This document shows, in pieces, positions 25,693 through 37,290 of a stretch of 64,000 nt of DNA (its first letter is position 1; every line of letters starts with the position of its first letter). The position numbers were made by a program, and so were the translations under genes. Source of the stretch: Felis catus (Eukaryota); assembly GCF_018350175.1 (NCBI RefSeq), contig NC_058368.1:190838001-190902000 (forward strand). The letters run 5' to 3'. Under the pieces are notes generated by a model. That model was given only the letters and a program-made list of their open reading frames with translations. It was not told the DNA's origin and did not search any database.

Positions 25693-25735
25693 CTGAAATA
25701 GAAGCACATAGATAACATAGAAAATGCAATTAGCC
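25693..25735 (-). promoter_or_regulatory. 3' splice site of the SGCD exon: polypyrimidine tract and candidate branch point
   Basis: Minus strand ggCTAATtgcattttctatgttatctatgtgcttctatttcag. CTAAT fits yUnAy, with the branch A at 25730 (-38). Confidence 0.65.
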
Positions 25736-25777
25736 AATATTTCGAAAAAACCTCAGGCTTTCAAAAACGGAAACAAA

Positions 25778-26018
25778 GGGGTGCCTGGGTGGCGCAGTCG
25801 GTTAAGCGTCCGACTTCAGCCAGGTCACGATCTCGTGGTCCGTGAGTTCGAGCCCCGCATCAGGCTCTGGGCTGATGGCTCAGAGCCTGGAGCCTGTTTC
25901 GGATTCTGTGTCTCCCTCTCTCTCTGCCCCTCCCCCGTTCATGCTCTGTCTCTCTCTGTCCCAAAAATAAAAAAAATAAAACGTTGAATAAAAAAAAATA
26001 ATAAAATATTTATTAAAA
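25778..26018 (+). mobile_element. Young SINEC_Fc-type SINE, antisense to SGCD, 85 bp from the exon acceptor
   Basis: Full length, CpG-rich; TSD aaaaacggaaacaaa (25763-25777 / 26019-26033). Confidence 0.97.
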
Positions 26019-26419
26019 AAAAACGGAAACAAAGTTATTGCCCCCCTTTTTTTGAGAGGGTGAAATGAGAGGAGGTCCAATAAAATACTAGGAAGTATTG
26101 TTCAATGCAATTATGCATATTACCCTCTTTGCTCACTTATTATGAGAAAATTCTATTCCAAGCAATCTGTAATGCCCCCTAGTCATTTACTAGCACAGAT
26201 GACGGAAGCCCTTTTGCTAGGAAGTGCAGAAAGAAGGGAGCCAGGAGGTGAGTGGGATAGAAGAAAAAGATAATTCCTCAGGTTAAAGAAAAAGGTCCAG
26301 TTTCCAAAACTTTATGCAGAAATTGTTAACTGGTAGCCTCATGGTCGAATCCAGTTTTTGGACACGGTATGTTTTTCTCACAAAATATTTAAGAAGTCAA
26401 ATTAGTTACCAACATTTTT

Positions 26420-28640
26420 ACCAATATTTTATTATGGAGATATTAAAATGTATACAAAAATAGAAAGTGTAAATAGCACACACCTGTGTACCTGTCATTT
26501 GTCTTCAACAATGATCCATTTATGGCTATCATTACTTTACCCACCACACTCATTTCATTTGGTTAAATATAACCATGACTACCACCATCACAACAAAAAA
26601 TAAATAAACTCATTAATATCATTTAATGCTCAGTGTCAATGTTCAAATTTCATTCATTTAAATTTTCTCTCCTTACATTTGCTTATTTGGATCCAGTTCC
26701 CTGCTGTAATTAGTTGGTACATGAAATACTAGATCATCTCCTGAAAGTCTCCTAAGTCAGTCAGTTTCTCTCTCACATCCATACACATGTACATACTTTA
26801 TTCGATAAAGAAAACATATCATTTTTGTGATAGCATTGCCCAGAGTTTACATTTTGTTGAGCATTCCATAATTTCACACAATGTGTTCTTCTGTCTCCTG
26901 TATTACCTATAAATTGGTAGTTAGATAAAGAGGCTTGAGAACTCAGTTTTATAGGAAGAACACATTGTAAGAAATGGAATATATTAGTATTTTATTGCTA
27001 CTATCACAAATAACCATGAACTCAGTGGCTTAAAACAACACAAATTCATTATCTTACAGTTTTGTACATGTCTGATTCAGGACTCAAAGGGCAAAAATCA
27101 AGGTGCCAGCAGGCCTGTTGCACCCCTTCCTGGAGGTTTTAAGGGAGAATCCAGTTCTTGACTTTTTCTAGGCTCTTGAGGCTGCCCATACTCCTGGGCT
27201 CATGGCCTCTTTCATCTTCAAAGTTCACATTGACTGGATGACTCTGACAATGAATCTTCCACTTCCCTCTTCCACTTTTAAAGATCCTTGCAATTTCACT
27301 GAGCACACCTAGATAATTCAGGACAATCTCTTCATTTTAAAGTCATCTGATTAGCAACCATAATTCTATACATAATGTTAATTCTCTTTTGCCATGAAAT
27401 GTGACATATTCAGGGGTTTTGAGATGGGGACAATGACATCTTTGAACTGGAGGATATTTTTCTAATACATGCTCTGTCAGGAGACATACAATGTCTTCCA
27501 CGGTGATGTCATCAGCCACTGGTGATCTTTGCCCAGAGGATCTATTACTTCACTAGAGATTTCAAATTGGTGATAAACTAATTCTATTATTTCTTAATTT
27601 ATTAGTTGGGGTATTCTATCAGGAAAAAGTGCATTTCATCAACTGTTACCCTAAATTATGGTTTACAAAAACCTGAAAGGTGCTTGATTGTTCCTCCTTT
27701 ATTTATTGATCCTCAAAATATTGGTCACCTAGTATCCTCCAAAGATAACCAATGAGTGCTTTTTTCTTTTCTAAGAATCATTATGGACATTTTTTACTTG
27801 CGTCATTCCAGTGTAGTTTTTATTGCTATTGAAGTTCTAACTGTGCTACCCTTGCTCAGCAGGAACCTCTTCAAGTTGGTGTCTAGGTCATTTTAATATG
27901 ACCCAGTAGTCTTTGATGGACCTTATGCTTCTGGTATGACAAAATTATCTAGAGTTATTTCACAGAACATCCTGTCCCAGGCCTGGAACCAGTCATTTCT
28001 ACTAAGAACACCTGTGGCAGCTTTTTGTAGTAAGTAGTAATTAGAAACCACAAACTGAGAGCTTCGGGTGCTCATTGCTACTGGGTTGATCCTTGTTTCT
28101 GTGGACAGAGCTGGAGAATAAGTTCTGAATGTTTTTTTTTTAATAGAATAAACTACGAATTCTCATTAAACTTCAATTCAAATTTAGGACTTGAATGTTT
28201 CCATTGAATCTCATAGATCTGACAATGTTATTACCTTTCTTTCAAACCAAAAATCTGTGTTCTCAGTAACAAGAAAATGGTTACTCATTTGATTTAACCC
28301 ACAATATACAGTCACTACTATTCTAACATTATGATTAAGCAGAGCAATTTAAAATTTGTCTTAAAACAACTCTACAGCACATCCTACTAGGAAGGTACGG
28401 TCAAATGACTGGATTTCAAAACCACTTGAAACAATTCCATTATGTATAGTTAGGTTATGCCACCAACCTGCTGTCTGGTAAGGTTTAATCATTTCATTCC
28501 CCACCATCTTTCAATTTTTCATGAATGTTTTAAGGTTTAATTTCGTTTTATAGTTCTGTGAACTGTTAGGTGGCACCAAAGTCAAGTCTACAAAACAAGA
28601 TGTATTCAAAGAAGTCTAGCTTCTTTCCTTGTCCTTCCAC
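26420..28640 (-). mobile_element. Old L1M (L1MC/ME-like) 3' region
   Basis: ttttattatggagatattaaaatgtatacaaaaatagaaag...; cctgtcccaggcctggaaccagtcatttc...tagaaaccacaaactgagagcttcgggtgctcattgctactggg. Confidence 0.7.
26980..27469 (-). mobile_element. MaLR LTR (MLT1C-like) nested in L1M
   Basis: cagtggcttaaaacaacacaaattcattatcttacagtt...aaaatcaaggtgccagcagg...agggagaatcc...gataattcaggacaatctc. Confidence 0.85.
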
Positions 28641-28674
28641 CATGTTTCCTTTTTTCCAAATAAGTGTGGGTGTG

Positions 28675-28712
28675 TATCTGTATCGCTCAGTGTTCTCCAG
28701 GGAAACAGAACG

Positions 28713-28757
<45 letters not shown>

Positions 28758-28840
28758 ATCACTCATTTTAAAGAGCTGGCTTTAGCAATTGTGGAGGCTG
28801 ACAAGTTTCAATATCTGCAGTTAGCAAGCCAGAGACCCAT
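28675..28840 (-). mobile_element. MLT2 LTR fragment containing (CA)n
   Basis: cagtgttctccagggaaacagaac(CA)n...gagctggctttagcaattgtggaggctgacaagt. Confidence 0.75.
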
Positions 28841-28939
28841 TTTAATAAAACAATATACACATACATATATAAAAACACATACACACACACATACTTTTTA
28901 AAAATTTATTCCTACATTTTCCCAAACACATGTGAAAAC

Positions 28940-29160
28940 TGAAAGATTTAAATAAAAATTCCAGGTTTTCAGCTTCCTGTGAAGCTGGAAGCCTTGGGAA
29001 ACCTGAGCCTGCCTTCTCTCATAGTCACCACTGGCTGGAAGTGAGTAGCTGATCTAGGCTATGCTAGGGACTATATATTCTTCAGTTTGCCAGTTCACAC
29101 CCAGCCTATTTCACTAAGTTACATTTTCTCAGATTCCTCAAGTTCCTCTTGAGTCTACCA
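28940..29160 (+). mobile_element. MER102-like hAT element, right part (left part at ~26295-26415)
   Basis: aaattccaggttttcagcttcctgtgaagctggaag...ctggctggaagtgagtagctg. Confidence 0.6.
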
Positions 29161-30028
29161 TTTCTTCTCTCTGGCACTGCCACATGGTCTGTCCGTCAAT
29201 ATATTCAGGACAGACACCACATTGGGGGGTATTGAATGACTATGTGGGAAATGGGCACTTTTCCCCATCCCTCCTTCATAACGGCACTTCAGCTTGTGGA
29301 TGAGAACAGATTTTTCAGGTCAATATTGTCCTTTCATGGATAACATGCCATCTGTATATTTCTATTTTTGGTACTTGTGGGGACAGCTCTGCCAAAAGGG
29401 TCCCAGACTGGGCATTCAAACCCAGTGTGAGAAGCAATGGGCTGAGGGTATGTTCATATCACACTAGCAGCAGGTAGAATCCACAACCAAAGAAAAAAAA
29501 AGAAAAAGTTAACACCCACCCAATCCCCACCCCCCAAAGTATATGTCAATTATCTTGTTTTGGTTTATGTTGATGATTTTTGTTAGTTGGAGAAACAGAC
29601 CTTTTCATAGAAACACATACTAAACCTGACATCTATAAACCAACTAAACTGGTTTGTTTGTGTGATGTGTATTAGATAAGAACGGCTAAACATTCTTACA
29701 TAGAAAATTATATTTGGGGTAATTAGCAAGCCTATTTAGATAAAATCTATCTCCCTCCCCTCTTATTAAAGTGTATAGATCTGCCATTCTTAATATTTAG
29801 TGGTAACTTACTATGTGCTTATTACTATACTCTGTGTTTTCCATGCTTTATTTCATTTTTATGAATTTCTACTGAAAACCACCATGTTTCTTCATGAATT
29901 TAATCATAAGGAAATAAAACTATAAATGCAAAATTATTTGGCTATTTATTGAGTTGCTCATCACCTTGCCAGTTATGAGAAAAAAAATTAAAACTTAAAA
30001 ACTACCCAAAAGCTTCACTATTAATGAA

Positions 30029-30112
30029 GAGCCTGATGCAGGGCTCAAACTCATGAACCTGGGTTGAAATGAATAGTTGGTCGCTCGACCAACTAAGCCA
30101 CCCAGGCGCTGC
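30029..30112 (-). mobile_element. Can-SINE 5' fragment
   Basis: gagcctgatgcagggctcaaactcatgaacc...gctcgaccaactaagccacccaggcgc. Confidence 0.8.
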
Positions 30113-30479
30113 TGCATAATCCATTATTAATGAAATAATAACTCAATAAAGAAATATATGTGCATTTTTACCATTTTTATATAACTATATATAAATATTC
30201 ATACAGATACACACATACAATCATATGTGCACATAGGACAAATTCTCAAAGAAATTTCATAGGGGAAAAATTCTAGAGAGAAATATACTTAAATGTTAAT
30301 AATGAAAATCTTTACATGCCTAAGATATGAGTGTTTTATTTTCCTCTTTTTGCTTGTCTGTAGTGTGTCATTTTCTATAAATAGCAATTGTAATGAGAAA
30401 ACCTGTTATAAAATAGTTAAGTTCTCATTGATTTATTTACAAAATAGTACGTTGCTTTAAAAAGTAACATGTGTCAATA

Positions 30480-30690
30480 ATCCATGTCATATACTAAGTG
30501 CTATACACATCATCTCATGCCATCTTCTTAATGATCCTATGATATAGTCTTTATTTTCCTTATTTTACAGGTGAAAAAATATACTGATCCGTAACTTGCT
30601 CATAGTTGCACAGCTAGTTAATTACAGGATCAGTAATTTGAACCCAAGTCTTTCCAGTTCAGACTATATGCTCTTATTCATTATTCTAAC
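30480..30690 (-). mobile_element. MIR
   Basis: cttattttacaggtgaaaaaat...gtaacttgctcatagttgcacagctagtaaattacaggatcagtaatttgaacccaagtct. Confidence 0.75.
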
Positions 30691-33004
30691 CTCATCTAAT
30701 GTTTGCAAAAGTAATATATGTAAGTATCTGCTGGATTGCATTCTGCCATTTTGATTTTCACTTACTTGGTGAGAGTGCTCGGTGATGGTACAGAGGGCCC
30801 TCTCCAACTGCAAGAATAATGCCATCTGTTCTTATGGTCAAACACCTCTATTCTCTCTTTCTGGGGTCCAGAATTTCTTTATTATAACCCAACTATTTTC
30901 CATGCCAAGGAGCATAAGCAAAATGAATCATCTGCTATTTCTGGAAAGACTGCTGTGTACATAATTGTGTGCTGCAAACCATGGGGAGTCAGAAAAAAAG
31001 AAGGCCTCTCTTTATCCTTCCTCAGAGACAGTTTATAATACAGGTGGCACACAGCCAGAGTGAAGGAGAAGCCAGATGACCAACATCTGAGAAATGCTCA
31101 TGTCATCCAACAGGCAATGGATTCCTTTGCAACAGTAATTTGACATTTACTTCAATACCTCTTTTGGTAGGAAACTTAACATAAACTTGCCAGATCTCTA
31201 CCATTTCATTCAGTTATCAGTTCTTCCTATTCTTGTGAATCATCACTTCATTTTTCCAGTCTTCATCCCAATCCCTAGATCTGCCTAAAGTATTAGTGGG
31301 AAAGGTCTACAAGTAGTATACTTTTTTGTTATTGGCGCCTATATTCTAAATATAATACAAATTAGAGTGTCCAATTACATATGTTCCCACATTAGAATCT
31401 TCTTTATGGCTTTGGAACAATTAGACTGGATTGATACACATCAAAACAACTTGAGAATAGCCTTATTTAAAACATTTCACCTTTAACTGCAGACATAAGA
31501 AGCTATCAGTATTATTAAGATAGGAGCTTTAGGTCAGTTTTAAAGCAAAGTTTCCCTCCCAGTAAGATGCAAAAGAGGCATTTGGATGGAAGATTCACAG
31601 TCATTTCAAAAGTAATTAGGAGGAAACAGAGCTTTATGTCCCCCTGTTCAAATGGTAAAACTTCAATATTCTTAAAGGCAAGCATAAAAATTCTAGCAGC
31701 CAGAAAGCTGGGCTCCACAGGGCCAGATCTGTCCAGTTAGTGGTCCTAAAGTCTATAAAGCATGCTCAAAACAAAAGTGGGGGGGTCAGGATCCCACTGT
31801 CATCCCAGTTGGGGAAGGGCCTCTCCTGTCCTATATATTGCAGTACACCACTGTCTACCCACATGCCTGGCACACAGGGCTTTTCACACGTACATGAGGA
31901 AATCTCAGTATTTTCTCAAATTTAGAATGGCCTCCGTGTAAGGTCTTTTGAGGGAAAGAGGGGTTGGGGTGGGGATGGGAGCAGAGGTGGGTACAATCCA
32001 GAGACTCTCCCTTTGGGCTGGTACAAGAATGATGACATTTGTTCTTTTTTATGCGGTCGAGACTGGTTGGTTGTTTCAAATGGACAGTTTTCTACAAAAT
32101 GAGTACAGAATAAATAAAGAGATTTCCGAGGGGCAGGACAATGGACTGAAATATTAATTTGTTTCTTTCTTCCCAGCTCTCACGCTGACCCTGGCCACTT
32201 TCACTGCCATTTCAAATAGGTTCCTAGGCTTTGTAATTATGAGGCTTAGAGATTTTGAGAGCAAAGGAGCATAGGCAGCCTGAAAGCAGTGGGGTTTCTT
32301 ATCTTTTGTGAAAGGTAACTCTCACTGAATGGACTATGTTAGGAAGGGAGGTGAGAAAGAGAGGTTTTCCAAAGGGGGGAGTGGGTGGGTGGACAAGAGA
32401 TTTGTCAAGGCCATGAATTCTAGAGGCCACTGTCTTCTAGGGTCTCCAGGAGGGGATACGACCTTAGAAGGAAGTGGCTGTGGGGTTCCAGCTTCCCCAA
32501 AGTCTCCTTTCCACAGCAATGGCAGAGGTCCCCTTCCCAGACTTAAAGGGACCACATGCTTGGGACCACGGTTCTCTCAGTCACTGCCAATGAAAGACAG
32601 TCACCGGTGTCCCCAGAGGCCTTCCCACTGGTGCTGGCAAAGCACTGCGGTGTCCTCAAATTCCTGAGATGTGAAACGCTCTGCTGCCTTTTGTGGGGGG
32701 GGGGGGAGGGCTGGGAATTAGTATTATGTTGATTTAAAGATCTTGCTATTTCTTGCTCTTCTGATTTTCCTTCTGCATTAGCATCAAACAAGTTTTTAAT
32801 TCCTTCAGCATATTTCCAAGCTGGAAGTACTGTCAAGTTCTATTTTAGGAATCAAGTTGCAAGCCTATCTCCTGCTGAGCAATTTTAATGGCAGGCATTA
32901 CTTGGTTTTGTTGAAGGGTGGATCGTTTTTATCTATACACAAGTTGCTTCAGAATGTAAGCTTTATGAGGGGCGGGAGTTTTGTTCACTGTAGTCTCAAT
33001 TCTT

Positions 33005-33216
33005 TTTTTTTTATGTTTATTTATTTTTGAAAGAGAGAGAGAGAGAGAAAGTGCAAGTATGAGGGGCACAGAGAGAGGGAAACAGGGAATCCCAAGCTGG
33101 CTCCTGCTGTCAGCGCAGAGCCTGACATGGGACTCCATCTCAAGAACCATGAGATCATGACCTGAGCCAAAAATCAAGAGTCGGATACTCAACCGACTGA
33201 GCCACCCAGGTACCCC
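33005..33216 (-). mobile_element. Can-SINE inserted in an L2 3' tail
   Basis: TSD t(g/a)tagtctcaattctt; the host reads agaatgtaagctttatgagggg...ttgttcactg...cagcaaatatttgttt. Confidence 0.93.
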
Positions 33217-33372
33217 TATAGTCTCAATTCTTAAAATAATGCTTGGCTCAGCAAATATTTGTTTGATGACAGAATTTCTTCCTTCTAAAGGGTGCATTTT
33301 GAAGAGCACTGTGGCGATTACAAAATGTTAAAACCTAGGCTTATCTCTTGAGCAGAGTCCAATAGATCAGAA

Positions 33373-33640
33373 CATGCATTCTCAACAAAGGTGATAGTGT
33401 CCCCAGTGGGTGAAATTTGGTGACTGGAGGGAGTTAAGAAAAATCTTAGTTTTTTTATGTATAAAGCACAAATCATGACTAGGTATAGAGTACATATACA
33501 GTATATGTATTAAATAGACTAGGTATAGAGTACATATACAGTATTAAAAATTCATGAGTGGGGGGACAATTAGGGAAAATATATATCTAAAAATGTTCTG
33601 GGGGAGAGGAGGCAATAAAAAAAAGATTGATAAATATTGA
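33373..33640. mobile_element. hAT-Charlie MITE (MER112-like)
   Basis: Degenerate TIRs catgcattctcaac ... gattgataaatattg; internal gaaaaatcttag...tacatatacagtat. Confidence 0.6.
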
Positions 33641-33704
33641 ATCAGAGTGTCAGAGATATGGAGACTGCTCTAATTTTTCCCCCTTTAATCTATCTATAAA
33701 TGGT

Positions 33705-34200
33705 CACTTCTGCCATTCACGTATTGAACCATCTTCTTTGGAGTTCCTCAGCCTGTAAAATGTGACAGAACAGAGCAGCACAGGTAAGGAGAAACTCCTT
33801 AATGTAATATTTAACACCGTCTTCATCTGGCACCTGCACACTTCTCCAGCCTCGTCTCCTGCCAGTCTCCCTTCTCTCTGGCACAAAATACGCTAGCAAT
33901 TTCTCCCAACTCTTCCCCTTTTCAAGTCTTTGCATATGTCCTTCCTTGGGCAGTAATGCTCTTTCTAACCCTTCTGGCCCTCTCCCCAGTCCTTTGGTTC
34001 TTGTTAGATGTCTTTTCCTGGTCTGGGGTCCCTGTCTGAGGTCTCCTCATATCCTGTGCACATCTCCATTAGAGCATTTATCGCATGGCACTACAGGGAT
34101 CCATTTCCATCTATGTCCTTCCTTGCCAGACTTCAATGTTCTTTGAGATGAGAAATACTGTGTCACTCGCTATTCAATCCCCATGGCCCAGCACACACTA
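33705..34200 (+). mobile_element. L2 fragment
   Basis: cttcatctggcacctgcacacttctccagcctcgtctcctgcc...ccagacttcaatgttctttgagatgaga...ccccatggcccagcaca. Confidence 0.65.
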
Positions 34201-34589
34201 TCTAAATATGTGACTGTGAGAGCAAAAGAGAAATAGGCTAAACCAGGGATAGTTCAGAAAGCATGAATCCATACAAATATAAAACCATAATATCAAAGCT
34301 ACCATTTCCATATGCATTAGACAAAGCACCCTATTGACATTATCTCCATTAATCCTTACTGGCAGTAGGCACTGTTAACCCATTGCACAGTTGAGGAAAC
34401 TGTTGCTCAGACATGCTGACACACCCTAACTCGAAAACAAAAGTCCTTCATCACCATACTCCATGTGGCACTGCTAAGCTCTTAGTGGGTGCCCAGCCCT
34501 GTCCTAGAAGCCAAGTGAGGAGACATGTAGATAGAGTCTCTCCCTTCTAGGAGCTTCTAGACTAAAGAAAATACATGTGAGTGACGTAC

Positions 34590-35480
34590 ATGATGGCAAG
34601 GATATAGATGCACAGGAACTCTCACATACCACTAACAGGAACACAACATGGGGCAAAACTTTGGAAGAAGGTTTGACTGTTAAAAAGTTAAAGCTGGAAT
34701 TACCATATGACCCAGAAATTCCACTCTTAGCTACTTGCCAAAGATAAGTGAAAATGTATGTTCGCACAAAGACCCGCACGCAAACGTTCACTGGAGTAAG
34801 ATTCACAATAACCAAAAGCTGGAAACAACTCTAATATCTATTAAGTGATGAAGAGATATAAAAAAATATTCTCTAGCTGTGCAATGGGATACATTTCAGC
34901 AATAAAAAAGATTAAATGCTGGTATGTCCAACACGGATGGACCTCAAAAACATGCTAAGTTTTTGGCCTCAGACACAAGAGACCATGTATTGTATGACTG
35001 TGTTCATATACGATATCCAGTGAAGTAAACTGATGCAGAAAGTAGATGAGTGGTCGTCTGGGATTGGCAGTAAAGTGTTACCAGAAATAGGCTAGATGAA
35101 TTTATTGGGGTCACATAAATTCTCCAAAATCAGATTGTAGTGACAGATGCATAACTGAGTAAATTTATTAAAAGTCATTGAAACATTCAGTGTAAGCTTT
35201 GAGGCACCTGGGTGGCTCAGTCAGTTAAGCATCTGACTTCAGCTCAGGTCATGATCTCATGGTTAATGGGTTCGAGCCCCACATCGGGCTCTGTGCTAAA
35301 AGCTCAGAGCCTGGAGCCTGCTTCAGATTCTGTGTCTCCCTCTCTCTCTGCTTCTCCCCTGCTCATGCTCTGTCTGTCTGTCTCTCTCTCAAAAACAAAT
35401 AAACATTAAATTTTTTTTAAGTCATTGAAACATATATTTAAAAGAGGGAATCTTATAGTACGAAATTTAACAAGTTTTTT
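34590..35480 (+). mobile_element. Old L1M (L1MB/ME-like) 3' end
   Basis: gaattaccatatgacccagaaattccactcttag...attcacaataaccaaaagctggaaacaac...atggacctcaaaaacatgctaag. Confidence 0.85.
35201..35418 (+). mobile_element. Can-SINE nested in L1M
   Basis: gaggcacctgggtggctcagtcagttaagcatctgac...; duplicated aagtcattgaaacat. Confidence 0.94.
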
Positions 35481-36083
35481 TTTTTAAGGAGTAACAGACA
35501 TCTAATAATGTTCACAGAAAAGAGGAATCCGGTTTCAGAGACACAGTATTATGTGCTCTGGAATTCCCCAAATCAGCAAAGAGAACCAGTTTAGAGATGC
35601 GTGCCAGGGGAAGGACATAGGAGGTTAGAGAGAGTGCCAGTAAGAGACAACCCTATTATGTGCCTATACCTGGTATGGAGTTACTAAAGGAACAGGGTGG
35701 CAAGTGTCGGTCATCAAGGACCAAGGTGAGGGTGGGAGGAGTAGCAAGAAGGAAGACAGAGCTGAATTAGACATAGGGCGTGGGTCTGTAGTCAAGGCAA
35801 TCACATTGTGAGCTAGGCTATGGTGGTAATTGGTGGTCTTCTTTTCCAGGGAGCATTAAAAATATCAGTGCTTGATGAGTAACACAACAGCAAGAGAGAG
35901 GCCCAGATGACCGCTCAGTGTCTAGGTCAGAGCTTCTGATCCTTTGTTTGAAATGCTACAGAATCTCAAATGCATCCGTATTCCTTTTCTTTTACCACTG
36001 ATGTCAATTTATCTTGTAGTTTTTCTTTCTTTTCCTTACTACTGCAGTTACCACAAAGCTAAAAGTTCATAGATTGGTTAGAA

Positions 36084-36085
<2 letters not shown>

Positions 36086-36163
<78 letters not shown>
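36086..36163. repeat. Compound (TG)n(AG)n microsatellite
   Basis: Direct read. Confidence 0.97.
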
Positions 36164-36170
<7 letters not shown>

Positions 36171-36501
36171 GTATAGAGGGGCAGAGAGGAGAGAGAGGGA
36201 GAAAGAAAAGAATGAGAATGAGGAGCAGGAGGAGGAGGGAAGAAAAAAGAGGAGACAGAGACAAAGTGGGGGTATAAGACACACATAGCTGCCAAATTGC
36301 TTTGGTGCCTCAGTGGGTCAGAAATTGTGATTCCTCACTTATGTTTTATAACATTTCATAAAGTTGCTTTTAATGATTTATAGATCCAAGGCCATGATAT
36401 CTGAAGCATTCTATATTTCCTGGTTGACAGTAGTAATGTATGGATGGACATTCTTTGCTGTATACTTTCCTGGGGGTGAGTTAATCAGCCAAAGAGGAGG
36501 G

Positions 36502-36503
<2 letters not shown>

Positions 36504-36553
<50 letters not shown>
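36504..36553. repeat. (CA)n microsatellite
   Basis: Direct read. Confidence 0.97.
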
Positions 36554-36555
<2 letters not shown>

Positions 36556-36901
36556 CTATCTAACTATCTATCTATCCATGAGCCTAATTCTCTTTATTTT
36601 CAAATTGCTTTATACCTACTTGTCCTTCAGGGCATACCTATTAGTTTCTTTAGGAAATCTTCCCTGATTCTCTTAAATCCTTTAGAAGCAACCTTTCTTC
36701 AGTAACTGGAACACACAGACACAGACAGATAGATACACAGAGCATTTCAGTAAGGCTAAGAATACGAGTTCTGCAATCAGTATCACGGGTTAAGTGTTAG
36801 TTCTTCCACTTAACTTTCTATATCTCACTCTTCCTTGTATAAATACTTCGATAACCAAGGTAATTATATCTTCTAAACTGAGGATTAAATCAGACAATCC
36901 A

Positions 36902-37170
36902 TGTGCATCAGTCAGAAGAGGTTAGGTTGTACCATGATAAAAACAACTAAATGCTCAGTGGCTTCAAACAACAAAGATTCATTTCTCACCCAAGTTATAT
37001 GTCCATGGAAGCATAACAGCAGAGTCAGCCAGGGATATCAGAGGATAGAGCAGCCATGATTTTGAAAATTGTGCTGCTCTCTGACTTTGGGCACATGCAG
37101 GGTTATATTTCCCCACCCATGTATGGTGCTTTGGCTCTGAGATTTGTTGTAGCTTGTGAAATGTGAGCAT
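36902..37170. mobile_element. MaLR LTR fragment (MLT1J/K-like)
   Basis: tgtgcatcagtcagaagaggttaggttgtac...ctcagtggcttcaaacaacaaagattcatttctcac. Confidence 0.6.
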
Positions 37171-37240
37171 AAGTCAATTCAGAGCAGATGCTGTAACAGC
37201 CAGGGCATGCCTGACCATGCTTTGCTCTTTCTTCTCTTTA

Positions 37241-37246
<6 letters not shown>

Positions 37247-37289
<43 letters not shown>
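37247..37289. repeat. (CT)n microsatellite
   Basis: Direct read. Confidence 0.97.

Positions 37290-37290
<1 letters not shown>

Noticed and set aside
25480..25737. 85-aa ORF MANCIFY...GKEW as a standalone gene
   Set aside because: Only 25591-25692 is SGCD-like and bounded by splice sites; the rest is intron read-through.
30375..30384. Canonical MEF2 site CTATAAATAG
   Set aside because: Lies in an AT-rich old L1 3'UTR remnant; isolated, and chance occurrence is likely.
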